Below are positions 19,917 through 28,386 of a DNA stretch of 64,000 bases, one piece after another (positions within the stretch are counted from its first letter, which is position 1; each line of letters starts with the position of its first letter). The notes under the pieces were generated by a model. The model was given only the letters and a program-made list of their open reading frames with translations. It did not search any database and had not been told where the DNA came from. The stretch is from assembly GCA_040377305.1 (NCBI GenBank), contig JBEIPA010000005.1:170685-234684 (forward strand), in the 5' to 3' direction. The DNA comes from Flavobacteriales bacterium (lineage in GTDB: Bacteria > Bacteroidota > Bacteroidia > Palsa-965). A program made the translations under genes and the position numbers.

Positions 19917-20065
19917 TTCAAGCAACTTGCATAGAAAAGAACCCTAAATTATTGCGGATGAAAGTAATCGTGTTTCCTGAACGCGCTGTACTGATTGCAT
20001 GAAAGAATGCCGTAATGCTGAATCAACATCTTACCGACCGCTGCGCGCAAAGCATCATGAGAATT

Positions 20066-20081
20066 AATGATTCCGATCATT
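20066..20081. promoter_or_regulatory. AATGAT-N4-ATCATT palindrome (CRP/FNR-like)
   Basis: aaTGATtccgATCAtt about 40 nt upstream of ATG 20122. Confidence 0.45.
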
Positions 20082-20121
20082 TTTAAAATGTGAAAACTAC
20101 TGCACATTTGAAAAAAAATAC

Positions 20122-20616
20122 ATGGATCAGGCTCACATTCATCTATTGATCACCCACCTCGCCATACTAGGCTCTCTGTTAGGCGGATTTGTTTTAGTCC
20201 ATGGAATTTGGACTCGTAGTTCACAAACCAAAATAGCGGCTTACAATCTTTTGATTCTCGCTGCAATTGGTGGAACTGTTGCCTACTTAACCGGTGAAGG
20301 TGCCGAAGAGGCGGTAGAAAACATTCCGGGAGTTGCGGAAAGTTTGATTGAGCAACATGAAGAATCTGCAATCTACGCTTTGGTCTCCCTGATTATTCTT
20401 GGTGCTGCCGCGCTCATCGGGCTATACGTTACATTAAAGAAATCAGCGATGACCCGAACGGTTGCTATTGCAATATTGTTGATCTCGCTAATCAGTTTTG
20501 GCTTTGCCGCACGAACCGGTTATCTGGGTGGACAAATCCGACATTCAGAAATCAACTCCGGTTCAACTCCTGCCCAGCCAAATGGCGAAACCGGCGATGA
20601 GCAAGAAGATGACTGA
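20122..20616 (+). CDS. Four-TM membrane protein with conserved His (DUF2231-like, possibly heme-binding)
   Basis: H.HL...H, AYLTGE, I..HE and G.LGGQIRH motifs. Confidence 0.65.
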   Translation: MDQAHIHLLITHLAILGSLLGGFVLVHGIWTRSSQTKIAAYNLLILAAIGGTVAYLTGEGAEEAVENIPGVAESLIEQHEESAIYALVSLIILGAAALIGLYVTLKKSAMTRTVAIAILLISLISFGFAARTGYLGGQIRHSEINSGSTPAQPNGETGDEQEDD

Positions 20617-20738
20617 TTGCTTGCGAATTAAATGGTCCGTTCCGCACCCTGGCTTCGCGGCCAGCCAGTTTCACTGGAGTTCAGAAATCGCATCTGAAGA
20701 TTAAACGTAACTTCACCCTGAATTAATCATCTACAATC

Positions 20739-21080
20739 ATGTCCGATCCACGCTGCCCAAAATGCAATTACGAATACACTTACCACAATGGAACCGTTCA
20801 GGTTTGCACCGACTGTGATCACCAGTGGGATCCGAATGCAGTTGTAGCTGAAGAAGCAGCTCCTTCCAACAAAGTTCTTGATATGAACGGAAACGAGCTG
20901 GTTGATGGAGACACCATTGTTGTGATGAAAGATCTACCTGTGAAAGGTGCACTCAGACCAGTGAAAGCCGGAACGAAAGTGAAGAATATCAAACTCGTTG
21001 AAGGCGATCACAACATCAGCTGTAAGATTGATGGATTTGGGAGTATGGGATTGAAGTCGGAGTTTGTGAAGAAAGCCTGA
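20739..21080 (+). CDS. PhnA/YjdM zinc-ribbon protein
   Basis: [32 protein letters not shown] and LKSEFVKKA motifs. Confidence 0.92.
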   Translation: MSDPRCPKCNYEYTYHNGTVQVCTDCDHQWDPNAVVAEEAAPSNKVLDMNGNELVDGDTIVVMKDLPVKGALRPVKAGTKVKNIKLVEGDHNISCKIDGFGSMGLKSEFVKKA

Positions 21081-21125
21081 TGATCCGATGAGTCGATGAT
21101 TCAAAGTATTCATTAGCTTAGTTCT

Positions 21126-21305
21126 ATGCCATTAACACTCAAGGACGGAGACAACTGCACTGTAACTGCAGGAACTCACACAGGAAAATCCGGAAAAGTG
21201 AGCGATATCAATACCAGCAAAACGGGCGCGGTGACCATTACCGTTACCCAGAAAAGCGGAGTCCGGTTTAAGACGCTTGCAAAGAATGTTGAAGTAAAAT
21301 CATAA
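21126..21305 (+). CDS. 59-aa KOW-motif protein (absent from ORF track)
   Basis: Hand translation: MPLTLKDGDNCTVTAGTHTGKSGKVSDINTSKTGAVTITVTQKSGVRFKTLAKNVEVKS*; GDxxxVxxGxxxGxxGxV KOW pattern. Confidence 0.8.
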   Translation: MPLTLKDGDNCTVTAGTHTGKSGKVSDINTSKTGAVTITVTQKSGVRFKTLAKNVEVKS

Positions 21306-21334
21306 TTTGAGTTCAAGAGTAACGCTGATGCTCT

Positions 21335-22189
21335 ATGAAATCTATTCCGGTAAGAAATATCAAATCCGCCGAATCTCAAAATGCGCATGGCTTGAAGATT
21401 CGGACATTGCATTCTCTGCTGGACGGAAGCGACTTGTTTCATCATTTGCACCGGCACGATTACTACTACATACTCTTAATTGAGAAAGCGAAAGGCGAAC
21501 ATGAAATTGATTTCGTCACCTATTCTCTGAATACTGATCGCATCTTTCTGCTAAAACCGGGACAAGTTCACCAGCTGAAAGTCAGCAAAGGTGGCAAGGG
21601 CTTCATTGTTCAGTTTGCGAATGAATTAACAAGTGAGTTTAACGCATCGCAACTTCAATCGTTAAGAACTGTATTTCACAATTCTGTTTACGATCTTACA
21701 AAATCGCAAGCCAGTCATCTAAAGGCGATTTTTGAGTTGATGCTGGGTGAGTATACTTCTCAGGAAGAACAATACGTTGAAATTATTAAGTCGCATCTTC
21801 TTACGGCAATCCTGCATCTGCTCAGAGTTGTAAAGGGAAACAGAACTTCCACATCACAAAGCTCTTTCAGCCAGGAAAAATTAGAACAACTCCAGGTTTT
21901 GATGGAAAAACACATTGTAACGCTGAAGAAAACCAGCGACTATGCGCAACTCCTGCACTTGTCGGATTACCAATTGAATTCCATTACCAAATCTCTCCTT
22001 GGAAAGAATTGCAGCGAAGTGATCAATGAATATGTTATTCTCGAAGCGAAAAGGTATTTGCTTGCGACCACGAACCAGGTCAGTCAGATTGCGGATACGC
22101 TGGGTTTCGACGATCCGGCTTATTTCATCCGGTTCTTCAAGAAGCATGTGGGTGTGACTCCCGACTCCTTCCGTAAAACTTCCCAATAG
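21335..22189 (+). CDS. AraC family transcriptional regulator
   Basis: Cupin motif HRHDYY..H.IDF; C-terminal IADTLGFDDPAYF.RFFKK..G.TP..FR. Confidence 0.92.
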   Translation: MKSIPVRNIKSAESQNAHGLKIRTLHSLLDGSDLFHHLHRHDYYYILLIEKAKGEHEIDFVTYSLNTDRIFLLKPGQVHQLKVSKGGKGFIVQFANELTSEFNASQLQSLRTVFHNSVYDLTKSQASHLKAIFELMLGEYTSQEEQYVEIIKSHLLTAILHLLRVVKGNRTSTSQSSFSQEKLEQLQVLMEKHIVTLKKTSDYAQLLHLSDYQLNSITKSLLGKNCSEVINEYVILEAKRYLLATTNQVSQIADTLGFDDPAYFIRFFKKHVGVTPDSFRKTSQ

Positions 22190-22280
22190 TACAATCACAC
22201 TTCATTTTTATCCTATTCCCCTCTGGAATAGTAGAAATAATTTTGCCTCAACAAAACAAAGTTGAACCTAAAGCAAGATT

Positions 22281-22520
22281 ATGAAAACGAAAATGAAACT
22301 TATCGCAGCTGCCAAAATATGGGCAGTGATCTATCCCTCAATCACACTATTTCTCTATTTGTTCGGAGAGCCGCTATCTCCGCTTCCACTCTACCAGAGA
22401 ACGTTGATCATCACCATTGCCTTGGTTCCATGGATGGTGTTTCTGGGAATTCCATTTGTCGATCTCATACTGAAGAGTATCTCCGGCAATTCGCAAGAAC
22501 AGAAACGAAACACGAACTAA
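22281..22520 (+). CDS. Small two-TM membrane protein
   Basis: IW.VIYP.IT and LPLY.RTL...LVPWMV motifs. Confidence 0.65.
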   Translation: MKTKMKLIAAAKIWAVIYPSITLFLYLFGEPLSPLPLYQRTLIITIALVPWMVFLGIPFVDLILKSISGNSQEQKRNTN

Positions 22521-22523
22521 AAG

Positions 22524-23525
22524 TTGAACCGGAGAAATTTCATACGAGTAAGTGGTCTCGCCATTACAAGTGCAGCGCTGTTACCCGTCCAGATTCTAGC
22601 CGCAAATCATACCCAAATGAAAACAGAGAAGGAATATGACGTCGTAATTATAGGAGGCAGTTATTCAGGACTATCAGCAGCACTGGCACTGGCGAGATCC
22701 TTAAGGAATATACTCATCATCGATAGTGGCAGTCCTTGTAACGCTGTTGTGAGTTACTCCCACAATTTTCTGACTCATGATGGTGAGTCCCCGGCAACTC
22801 TCGCCCGTGTTTCCCGTGAACAAGTGCTGAAATACGAAAATGTAGAATTCCATCGTGGGCAGGCAAACAGTATTGTATCTCAGTCCGGAAAGTATCGCGT
22901 ACTCACCACTACCGGCCAATCATTTACCTGCAAAAAACTCGTATTCGCAACAGGAATAATAGACATTCTGCCTCCGATTCCGGGCATCAATGAATGCTGG
23001 GGAAAAACGGTTTTGCATTGTCCGTATTGCCATGGATTTGAGGTGAAAGGTAAAACAACCGCTGTGCTAGCCACCTCTGAACAAGCATTTGAATATGTGA
23101 TGCTACTTACAAATTGGACCGACCGCTTACATGTAATCACCAACGGCACGTCTCCCTTCAGCGAAATTCAGCAGCACCTGTTAGCAAAGCACAACGTACA
23201 GGTGCATGTTGAACCACTTGTCGCACTCAACCACAACGCGGGCCAGTTACAGTCAATACAATTTGCAGACGGCACTTCTTTCTCCACGGATGTTCTGTAC
23301 ACGAGAATGCCGTTCCTCCAAAAATGTGCGCTGCCACAGGAACTTGGTTGCGCGATTGATACTCAGGGTTACATCATCACAGATGCCTCTGGAAAAACCA
23401 ATGTTGCCGGAATTTATGCGTGCGGTGACAATACAAGTAAAAACAGAACTATTTCAAACGCAGTAGCCATGGGCACGAATGCAGGCATGGCAATAAACAA
23501 AGAGCTTACCGTTGAATCCTACTAA
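22524..23525 (+). CDS. Thioredoxin-reductase-like NAD(P)/FAD oxidoreductase with Tat-like leader (TTG start; alternative ATG 22617)
   Basis: IIGGSYSGLSAA, ATG, HCPYCHG and GIYACGD motifs; N-terminal NRRNFI + hydrophobic stretch. Confidence 0.88.
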   Translation: MNRRNFIRVSGLAITSAALLPVQILAANHTQMKTEKEYDVVIIGGSYSGLSAALALARSLRNILIIDSGSPCNAVVSYSHNFLTHDGESPATLARVSREQVLKYENVEFHRGQANSIVSQSGKYRVLTTTGQSFTCKKLVFATGIIDILPPIPGINECWGKTVLHCPYCHGFEVKGKTTAVLATSEQAFEYVMLLTNWTDRLHVITNGTSPFSEIQQHLLAKHNVQVHVEPLVALNHNAGQLQSIQFADGTSFSTDVLYTRMPFLQKCALPQELGCAIDTQGYIITDASGKTNVAGIYACGDNTSKNRTISNAVAMGTNAGMAINKELTVESY

Positions 23526-23538
23526 CAACAAAGACAAA

Positions 23539-24243
23539 ATGAAAAACCCTACAACAATTAAAGACATCAGAACGTACGCATTAGGAATATTCTTCATCGC
23601 GGCAACAACCACTTCCATTATCGGACTTCTCAAATACCAACCGGTTTTCGACGCCGCACTCACAGCCACATCACTTTCCGGATATGCCAGCCAATTTCGA
23701 CTGGGCGCTTTCTTCGAGTTCCTCCTTATGGCTGCAAATGTTGGAACAGCCGTTATGTTGTTTCCATTTCTTTCAACCACGAACCGGAGTTGGGGAATTG
23801 CTTATGCCGCATTTCGCTTAATGGAAGTAGTGTTCATCGGAATCGGCGCATTGGCTATGCTCGTATTGTCTTCCCAGCTTAGTGCAGGTGTTGATACCAA
23901 TCAATCCGGCTTAACCGAAGTTGTCCGCACAATTTACAAATGGACTATGATTTCCGGACCCCACTTTATGCTTGGAATCAATACCGCGATCTACAGCACA
24001 TACATGTACCGCCAACGTATGATTCCAAAAGGCATTGCTTTGCTTGGAATGATCGGCGCAGTCCTCATTTTCGGCAACGCCATTGCAGAAATCTTTCAGG
24101 TACGCGATGCATTCTCAACTGCTACATTCATTACCGCTTTCCCGATTGCAATTTTTGAAATGATTCTTGCCGTATGGATTATACTAAAAGGACTAAACGT
24201 TCCGCTTAACAAAATGGTCACTGAACGTGCAGAGTCAGCCTAA
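23539..24243 (+). CDS. DUF4386 family membrane protein
   Basis: Six or more TM segments; GA..E, YAAFRLME, IP...A.LG.IG and P.A.FEM.LA.W...KG motifs. Confidence 0.75.
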   Translation: MKNPTTIKDIRTYALGIFFIAATTTSIIGLLKYQPVFDAALTATSLSGYASQFRLGAFFEFLLMAANVGTAVMLFPFLSTTNRSWGIAYAAFRLMEVVFIGIGALAMLVLSSQLSAGVDTNQSGLTEVVRTIYKWTMISGPHFMLGINTAIYSTYMYRQRMIPKGIALLGMIGAVLIFGNAIAEIFQVRDAFSTATFITAFPIAIFEMILAVWIILKGLNVPLNKMVTERAESA

Positions 24244-24269
24244 CAATCATGCACCGTGTACAACCTTCC

Positions 24270-24298
24270 AAAGCCGTCATGCTCGATGACGGCTTTTT
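24270..24298 (+). terminator. Intrinsic terminator
   Basis: AAAGCCGTCAT-GCTCG-ATGACGGCTTT followed by T run. Confidence 0.75.
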
Positions 24299-24326
24299 CT
24301 TATCTTGAAATCCAAATTCATGCATC

Positions 24327-24839
24327 ATGCCAAAGAAAAAAGCTAAGCCGGCAAAAAAAGCTGCGAAGAAAACGGTAGCGAAAAAAGCTGCAAAGAAATC
24401 TGCTCCAAAAAAAGCCACTCCAAAACCGAAGAAAGCAGTAATCAAGACTACTGAATCTTCAGCGAGCGCAGAGAAATTCCTCAACACAATTTCCGACGCG
24501 CAAAAACGCGCTGACAGTTTTACTATTGTAAAAATGATGGAGAAGGCTTCGGGTGCTAAAGCGAAAATGTGGGGTAATGCAATTATCGGATTCGGAAACA
24601 AAGTGTATACCAGCCCTGCGACCGGCCGACAAGTAGATTGGTTTTATGTAGGTTTCTCTCCGCGTAAGGCGAATCTTACTTTGTATCTCACTGTTGGACT
24701 TGGTGTTTTTCCGGCTGAGCTGAAAAAACTAGGTAAACATAAAACCGGTGGTGGCTGTCTTTACATCAATAAGTTGAGTGATGTAGATGTGAAAGTGTTG
24801 CAGACCATGATTGACAACGCTGTAAAGAAGAATAAATAG
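24327..24839 (+). CDS. DUF1801 domain protein with Lys/Ala/Pro-rich N-terminal tail
   Basis: KMWG..IIGFG, GFSPRK..LTLY and LGKHKTG.GCLYINKL.DVD motifs. Confidence 0.85.
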   Translation: MPKKKAKPAKKAAKKTVAKKAAKKSAPKKATPKPKKAVIKTTESSASAEKFLNTISDAQKRADSFTIVKMMEKASGAKAKMWGNAIIGFGNKVYTSPATGRQVDWFYVGFSPRKANLTLYLTVGLGVFPAELKKLGKHKTGGGCLYINKLSDVDVKVLQTMIDNAVKKNK

Positions 24840-24857
24840 TTCTCGATTGTCACATAG

Positions 24858-25358
24858 ATGCAAGTAACATCCGTTCAGCTTGAGCAAGGTTCACCGCTTC
24901 GATTGACGTGCTATACGAAGGGCACGCCACTCATTATACGAGTCATTCTGGGCACACTTGCTTCACTTGCTTTTCTTGCTCCGGTTGTTGTACTGGTTTT
25001 AATGCTCGCGTCCGGAGAAGGATTTAAAATTAGGATCGTCGTTTCCTTTCTGATCATGTGGTCTATTGGAATGTACCTCACACGGATGGTACTCTGGAAC
25101 TCCTTCGGCAAGGAAATTATTGAATTCCATAGCGACAAACTGCACTATTGCTGTGACTACAAATACTTTCAAGGTAATCAGCAGGATATTGGAAGAGATC
25201 ATTTGCTAATTGCAATAGTTCCTGTCAGCGAAACGGAGCAAACGAGTAAACTGCATTTCACTAACGGACATGAAACAATTGAAATGGTTTTACCGATTCC
25301 CGAATTGGAGTTGATTCCGATAAAAGCACGACTCGCCCAAATTCTAAACCGCATTTAA
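24858..25358 (+). CDS. Hypothetical membrane protein
   Basis: Two TM segments followed by LWN..GKE. Confidence 0.6.
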   Translation: MQVTSVQLEQGSPLRLTCYTKGTPLIIRVILGTLASLAFLAPVVVLVLMLASGEGFKIRIVVSFLIMWSIGMYLTRMVLWNSFGKEIIEFHSDKLHYCCDYKYFQGNQQDIGRDHLLIAIVPVSETEQTSKLHFTNGHETIEMVLPIPELELIPIKARLAQILNRI

Positions 25359-25435
25359 ACGCTCACTCCAAGCCCACAACCCGCGAACAAAAACCACCGC
25401 ATTGGTAATCTCACTCCCCGGCATTAACTTTGCGC

Positions 25436-25975
25436 ATGATTAAACTGCTGACGACTGGAATTCTATTTCTCAGTTGCATCTCTCTTTCATTTTCACAATC
25501 TACGCGCCCTGCGCAATTCATTGGAATTAATCCAAGCGTGACTATTGAGCCGTATTATGAAAAAGGCGAGCTCGATGTAAACATTGTTCCTGTAGTGTAT
25601 CAGCTCAGCGTTGCCAAGCGTGTTGATTTGCGCATGACCAGTATTCTCAATCTCGGAATCCGGAAAAACGGAAACGAAATCAGTCACTGGGGGCTTGAAG
25701 CTGCCGCCCCGATTTATTTCAGAGCCAAAGAAAGCAAAACTGAATTTTCAAAAGGATTCTTCGCTGCACCTGTATTAAGTTTTACGCGCAATAATTCTGC
25801 AAACCATTATAACATCGGCGTGTGGGCAGAACCGGGATATCATTTGCTTTTTGAAAACTCGTTTGCGTTTTCCTTCGGACTTCAGGTGGGAGCAACATAT
25901 TTCATGTACGACAATGATGAACAGAAGTGGGGAAATCATTTTGGGGCGAAGGTTGTTTTTGGGAAATGGTTTTAA
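25436..25975 (+). CDS. Hypothetical outer-membrane beta-barrel protein
   Basis: Signal peptide, amphipathic strands, terminal GKWF; TAACTTTG box 3 nt upstream of ATG. Confidence 0.65.
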   Translation: MIKLLTTGILFLSCISLSFSQSTRPAQFIGINPSVTIEPYYEKGELDVNIVPVVYQLSVAKRVDLRMTSILNLGIRKNGNEISHWGLEAAAPIYFRAKESKTEFSKGFFAAPVLSFTRNNSANHYNIGVWAEPGYHLLFENSFAFSFGLQVGATYFMYDNDEQKWGNHFGAKVVFGKWF

Positions 25976-26003
25976 CTACATCTATTAGGCATATCTTCCA
26001 TCA

Positions 26004-26579
26004 ATGAAACCAACCTTCTTCTCTACCCCATCCGCATTACGCAAATGGCTCGAGAAAAATCACACTTCGAAAAAGGAAATTATTGTTGGCTACTATAAAG
26101 TGGGAAGCGGAAAAGCAAATATGTCGTGGAGTGAATCTGTTGATCAAGCTTTGTGTTTCGGGTGGATTGACGGTGTGCGAAGAACAATAGACGATGAGAG
26201 TTATTGCATTCGGTTTACCCCCAGAAAGTCAACCAGCATTTGGAGTGCAGTCAACATAAAGAAAATCAAAGAGCTTTCCGAAAAGGGACTGATGCACAAA
26301 GCAGGACTTGAAGCATTTGCAAAGCGTACAGAAAGCAAATCGAAGATCTATTCGCACGAAAAACCCGCGGATGCGTTGTCTGATGTGTACGAGAAAAAAC
26401 TCAAGGCGAACAGGAAAGCCTGGAAGTATTTTCAAACCTTAGCACCCGGATACAAGAAACTTTCCATTCACTGGATTATGGGTGCCAAGCAGGAGAAAAC
26501 CCAGTTAATCCGGTTGCAAACGATCATCGATCAAAGTGCGGCCGGTACGAATCCATGGAAAGATCACAAGTACAAATGA
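26004..26579 (+). CDS. YdeI/OmpD-associated family protein
   Basis: R.WL..NH, ALCFGWIDG, FTPRK..S.WS..N and WI..AK..T...R motifs. Confidence 0.88.
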   Translation: MKPTFFSTPSALRKWLEKNHTSKKEIIVGYYKVGSGKANMSWSESVDQALCFGWIDGVRRTIDDESYCIRFTPRKSTSIWSAVNIKKIKELSEKGLMHKAGLEAFAKRTESKSKIYSHEKPADALSDVYEKKLKANRKAWKYFQTLAPGYKKLSIHWIMGAKQEKTQLIRLQTIIDQSAAGTNPWKDHKYK

Positions 26580-26599
26580 GCGTTCAATCCTCTTAGCTG

Positions 26600-27019
26600 A
26601 TGAAAAAGATTTGGTGTGCCTTGTTGCTGTTGGTCGTTTGTGTGGGCTTCACAGAACCACCGCAGATTCAATACGACGGTGTTTACGCATGTAAAGGCAA
26701 CGGGTACGTTTCCTATCTGCGATTTTACGAATCGGGTGATGTGCTCAAAGCTTCTTCCACCGGTAACGTAGAAGACCTTAAGAACTGGATGTGTCTCGAC
26801 ACATTCATGCTTCATGATTGGCATTCGAGAGGTGGTTTCAGGATCAAGGAGAACAGCGCAATCTCATTCGCGACCACAAGTTCGGCAGGAACCGTTGAAT
26901 ATTCTGGTGTGATTGAAAACGATAGTACCCTTCACCTTTTCGAACACAGTCTGATCAATGATCATCGCAGCGAAAAAACTTACCACTATATTCCCGTTGA
27001 AGAGTGGAAAAAGAAATAG
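26600..27019 (+). CDS. Hypothetical exported protein
   Basis: Signal peptide; DGVY...YLRFY..G.V. Confidence 0.6.
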   Translation: MKKIWCALLLLVVCVGFTEPPQIQYDGVYACKGNGYVSYLRFYESGDVLKASSTGNVEDLKNWMCLDTFMLHDWHSRGGFRIKENSAISFATTSSAGTVEYSGVIENDSTLHLFEHSLINDHRSEKTYHYIPVEEWKKK

Positions 27020-27025
27020 CGTACA

Positions 27026-27391
27026 ATGCACACCGAAATATTTTCTTCCTTCCGAAAACAAATATCCACTAAGGTTCAGCGCTACCTGGAGGATATCCGC
27101 ATCTACACCAAACCGGAGTTTGCAGAACAGAGCGAGTGGATCTCCGCAAAGTTTCGCTTCGGCGATAAAACACTATCCTTCAGCATCAGTCTCCACCACC
27201 TCGATTACCGCGACGGAATAAGTGTTTCCCTCGATTCCAAATTCGGAAAGAAGTGGCTGAGAAGTGAAGTAGGTCATGCATCATCTGTCCATGTTCCTCC
27301 GTATGGCTACAGCGTCCCTGAAATGAATGCGCAATTCGATCGTATCATCAAGGATATGAAATTGCATTTTGAAAAGTATTTGCTGGTTTAA
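27026..27391 (+). CDS. Hypothetical protein
   Basis: 121-aa ORF tightly packed in a co-oriented run. Confidence 0.5.
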   Translation: MHTEIFSSFRKQISTKVQRYLEDIRIYTKPEFAEQSEWISAKFRFGDKTLSFSISLHHLDYRDGISVSLDSKFGKKWLRSEVGHASSVHVPPYGYSVPEMNAQFDRIIKDMKLHFEKYLLV

Positions 27392-27418
27392 TTTAGCATC
27401 ACAAGTAATAATAATCTT

Positions 27419-27916
27419 ATGTCACTCACACGAGTAATCATCGTCATTCTGGTTCTTATTTCAGTCAACTTATCTGCTACGCCCGGCGACACTATTCGTC
27501 TTAGTGAAATGGGAGGTAAATACGTTGGAGACGTAAATGCAGAAGGGTTGCCAGAAGGCTACGGGAAATTTTTCTGGGATTACGGCGGCAACTATATCGG
27601 CAATTGGAAGAATGGTGTATTTCATGGTAGCGGGCGCAGGGAATGGCACACTGGAGATTTCTACGATGGAGAATGGAAATACGGCATGAGACATGGCTCC
27701 GGCACTATGCATTGGTCAGTTAATATGTCGTATGTCGGCAAATGGAAATTCGATCAGGAACACGGATCCGGAGAAATAACTTATCCTGGTGGCGATAAAC
27801 GAACAGGAAAGTGGAAGCACGGACAAATGCATGGTAATGGTTATCTCATTTCTGCGGATGGAACCAAAACAAAACGAAAGTGGAATCATGGGCGTATCGT
27901 GAAACAGAAACCATAA
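27419..27916 (+). CDS. MORN-repeat exported protein
   Basis: Signal peptide and five YxGxWxxGxxHGxG repeats. Confidence 0.88.
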   Translation: MSLTRVIIVILVLISVNLSATPGDTIRLSEMGGKYVGDVNAEGLPEGYGKFFWDYGGNYIGNWKNGVFHGSGRREWHTGDFYDGEWKYGMRHGSGTMHWSVNMSYVGKWKFDQEHGSGEITYPGGDKRTGKWKHGQMHGNGYLISADGTKTKRKWNHGRIVKQKP

Positions 27917-28002
27917 AACGACAGTTCGCATTCCGACCATCTAACCAATTTCTTCGATTACCTGCTTGACGCTTTCTTACCGGTGAATTATTTTCACGCT
28001 AT

Positions 28003-28386
28003 ATGAAGTTCACCAACGCAAATATCGACACCACATTCGAGAAAGGAATTCTTCACGTGAAGTTCCTGAACAATGCAGTAGTAACAGAGCGGGATCTGCA
28101 GGAGATTTACCAGTACGGAACGAAATGTTCCAATGCACTTCCCTATTGTTCACTGTTCGAAGCGTTTGGTCATTACGAAGTAAGAGAAGACGCACTTGCG
28201 TACATCAATAAGAATCCGCACAACATTTTCATTCTCGGAAAAGCGTACGTGATGAACACAAAAGAAGCGGAACAGAAAATCAAATTGCATCTGATTTTTG
28301 ACAACCCAGCCTTGAAGCCCTACACTTTTCACACAGTGGAAGAAGCGAAAGTCTATCTGAGATCGGTGATGGCGAATCAGCCCTGA
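28003..28386 (+). CDS. Hypothetical STAS/SpoIIAA-like single-domain protein
   Basis: GILHV.F, P...F...EEA..YL pattern shared with 41751-42155. Confidence 0.55.
   Translation: MKFTNANIDTTFEKGILHVKFLNNAVVTERDLQEIYQYGTKCSNALPYCSLFEAFGHYEVREDALAYINKNPHNIFILGKAYVMNTKEAEQKIKLHLIFDNPALKPYTFHTVEEAKVYLRSVMANQP

Noticed and set aside
22262-22639. 125-aa ORF overlapping two genes
   Set aside because: Conflicts with the better-supported 22281-22520 and 22524-23525 ORFs
24237-24300. attC-like GCCTAAC at the DUF4386 stop codon
   Set aside because: No matching GTTRRRY end downstream; the hairpin is a standard terminator; no integrase seen
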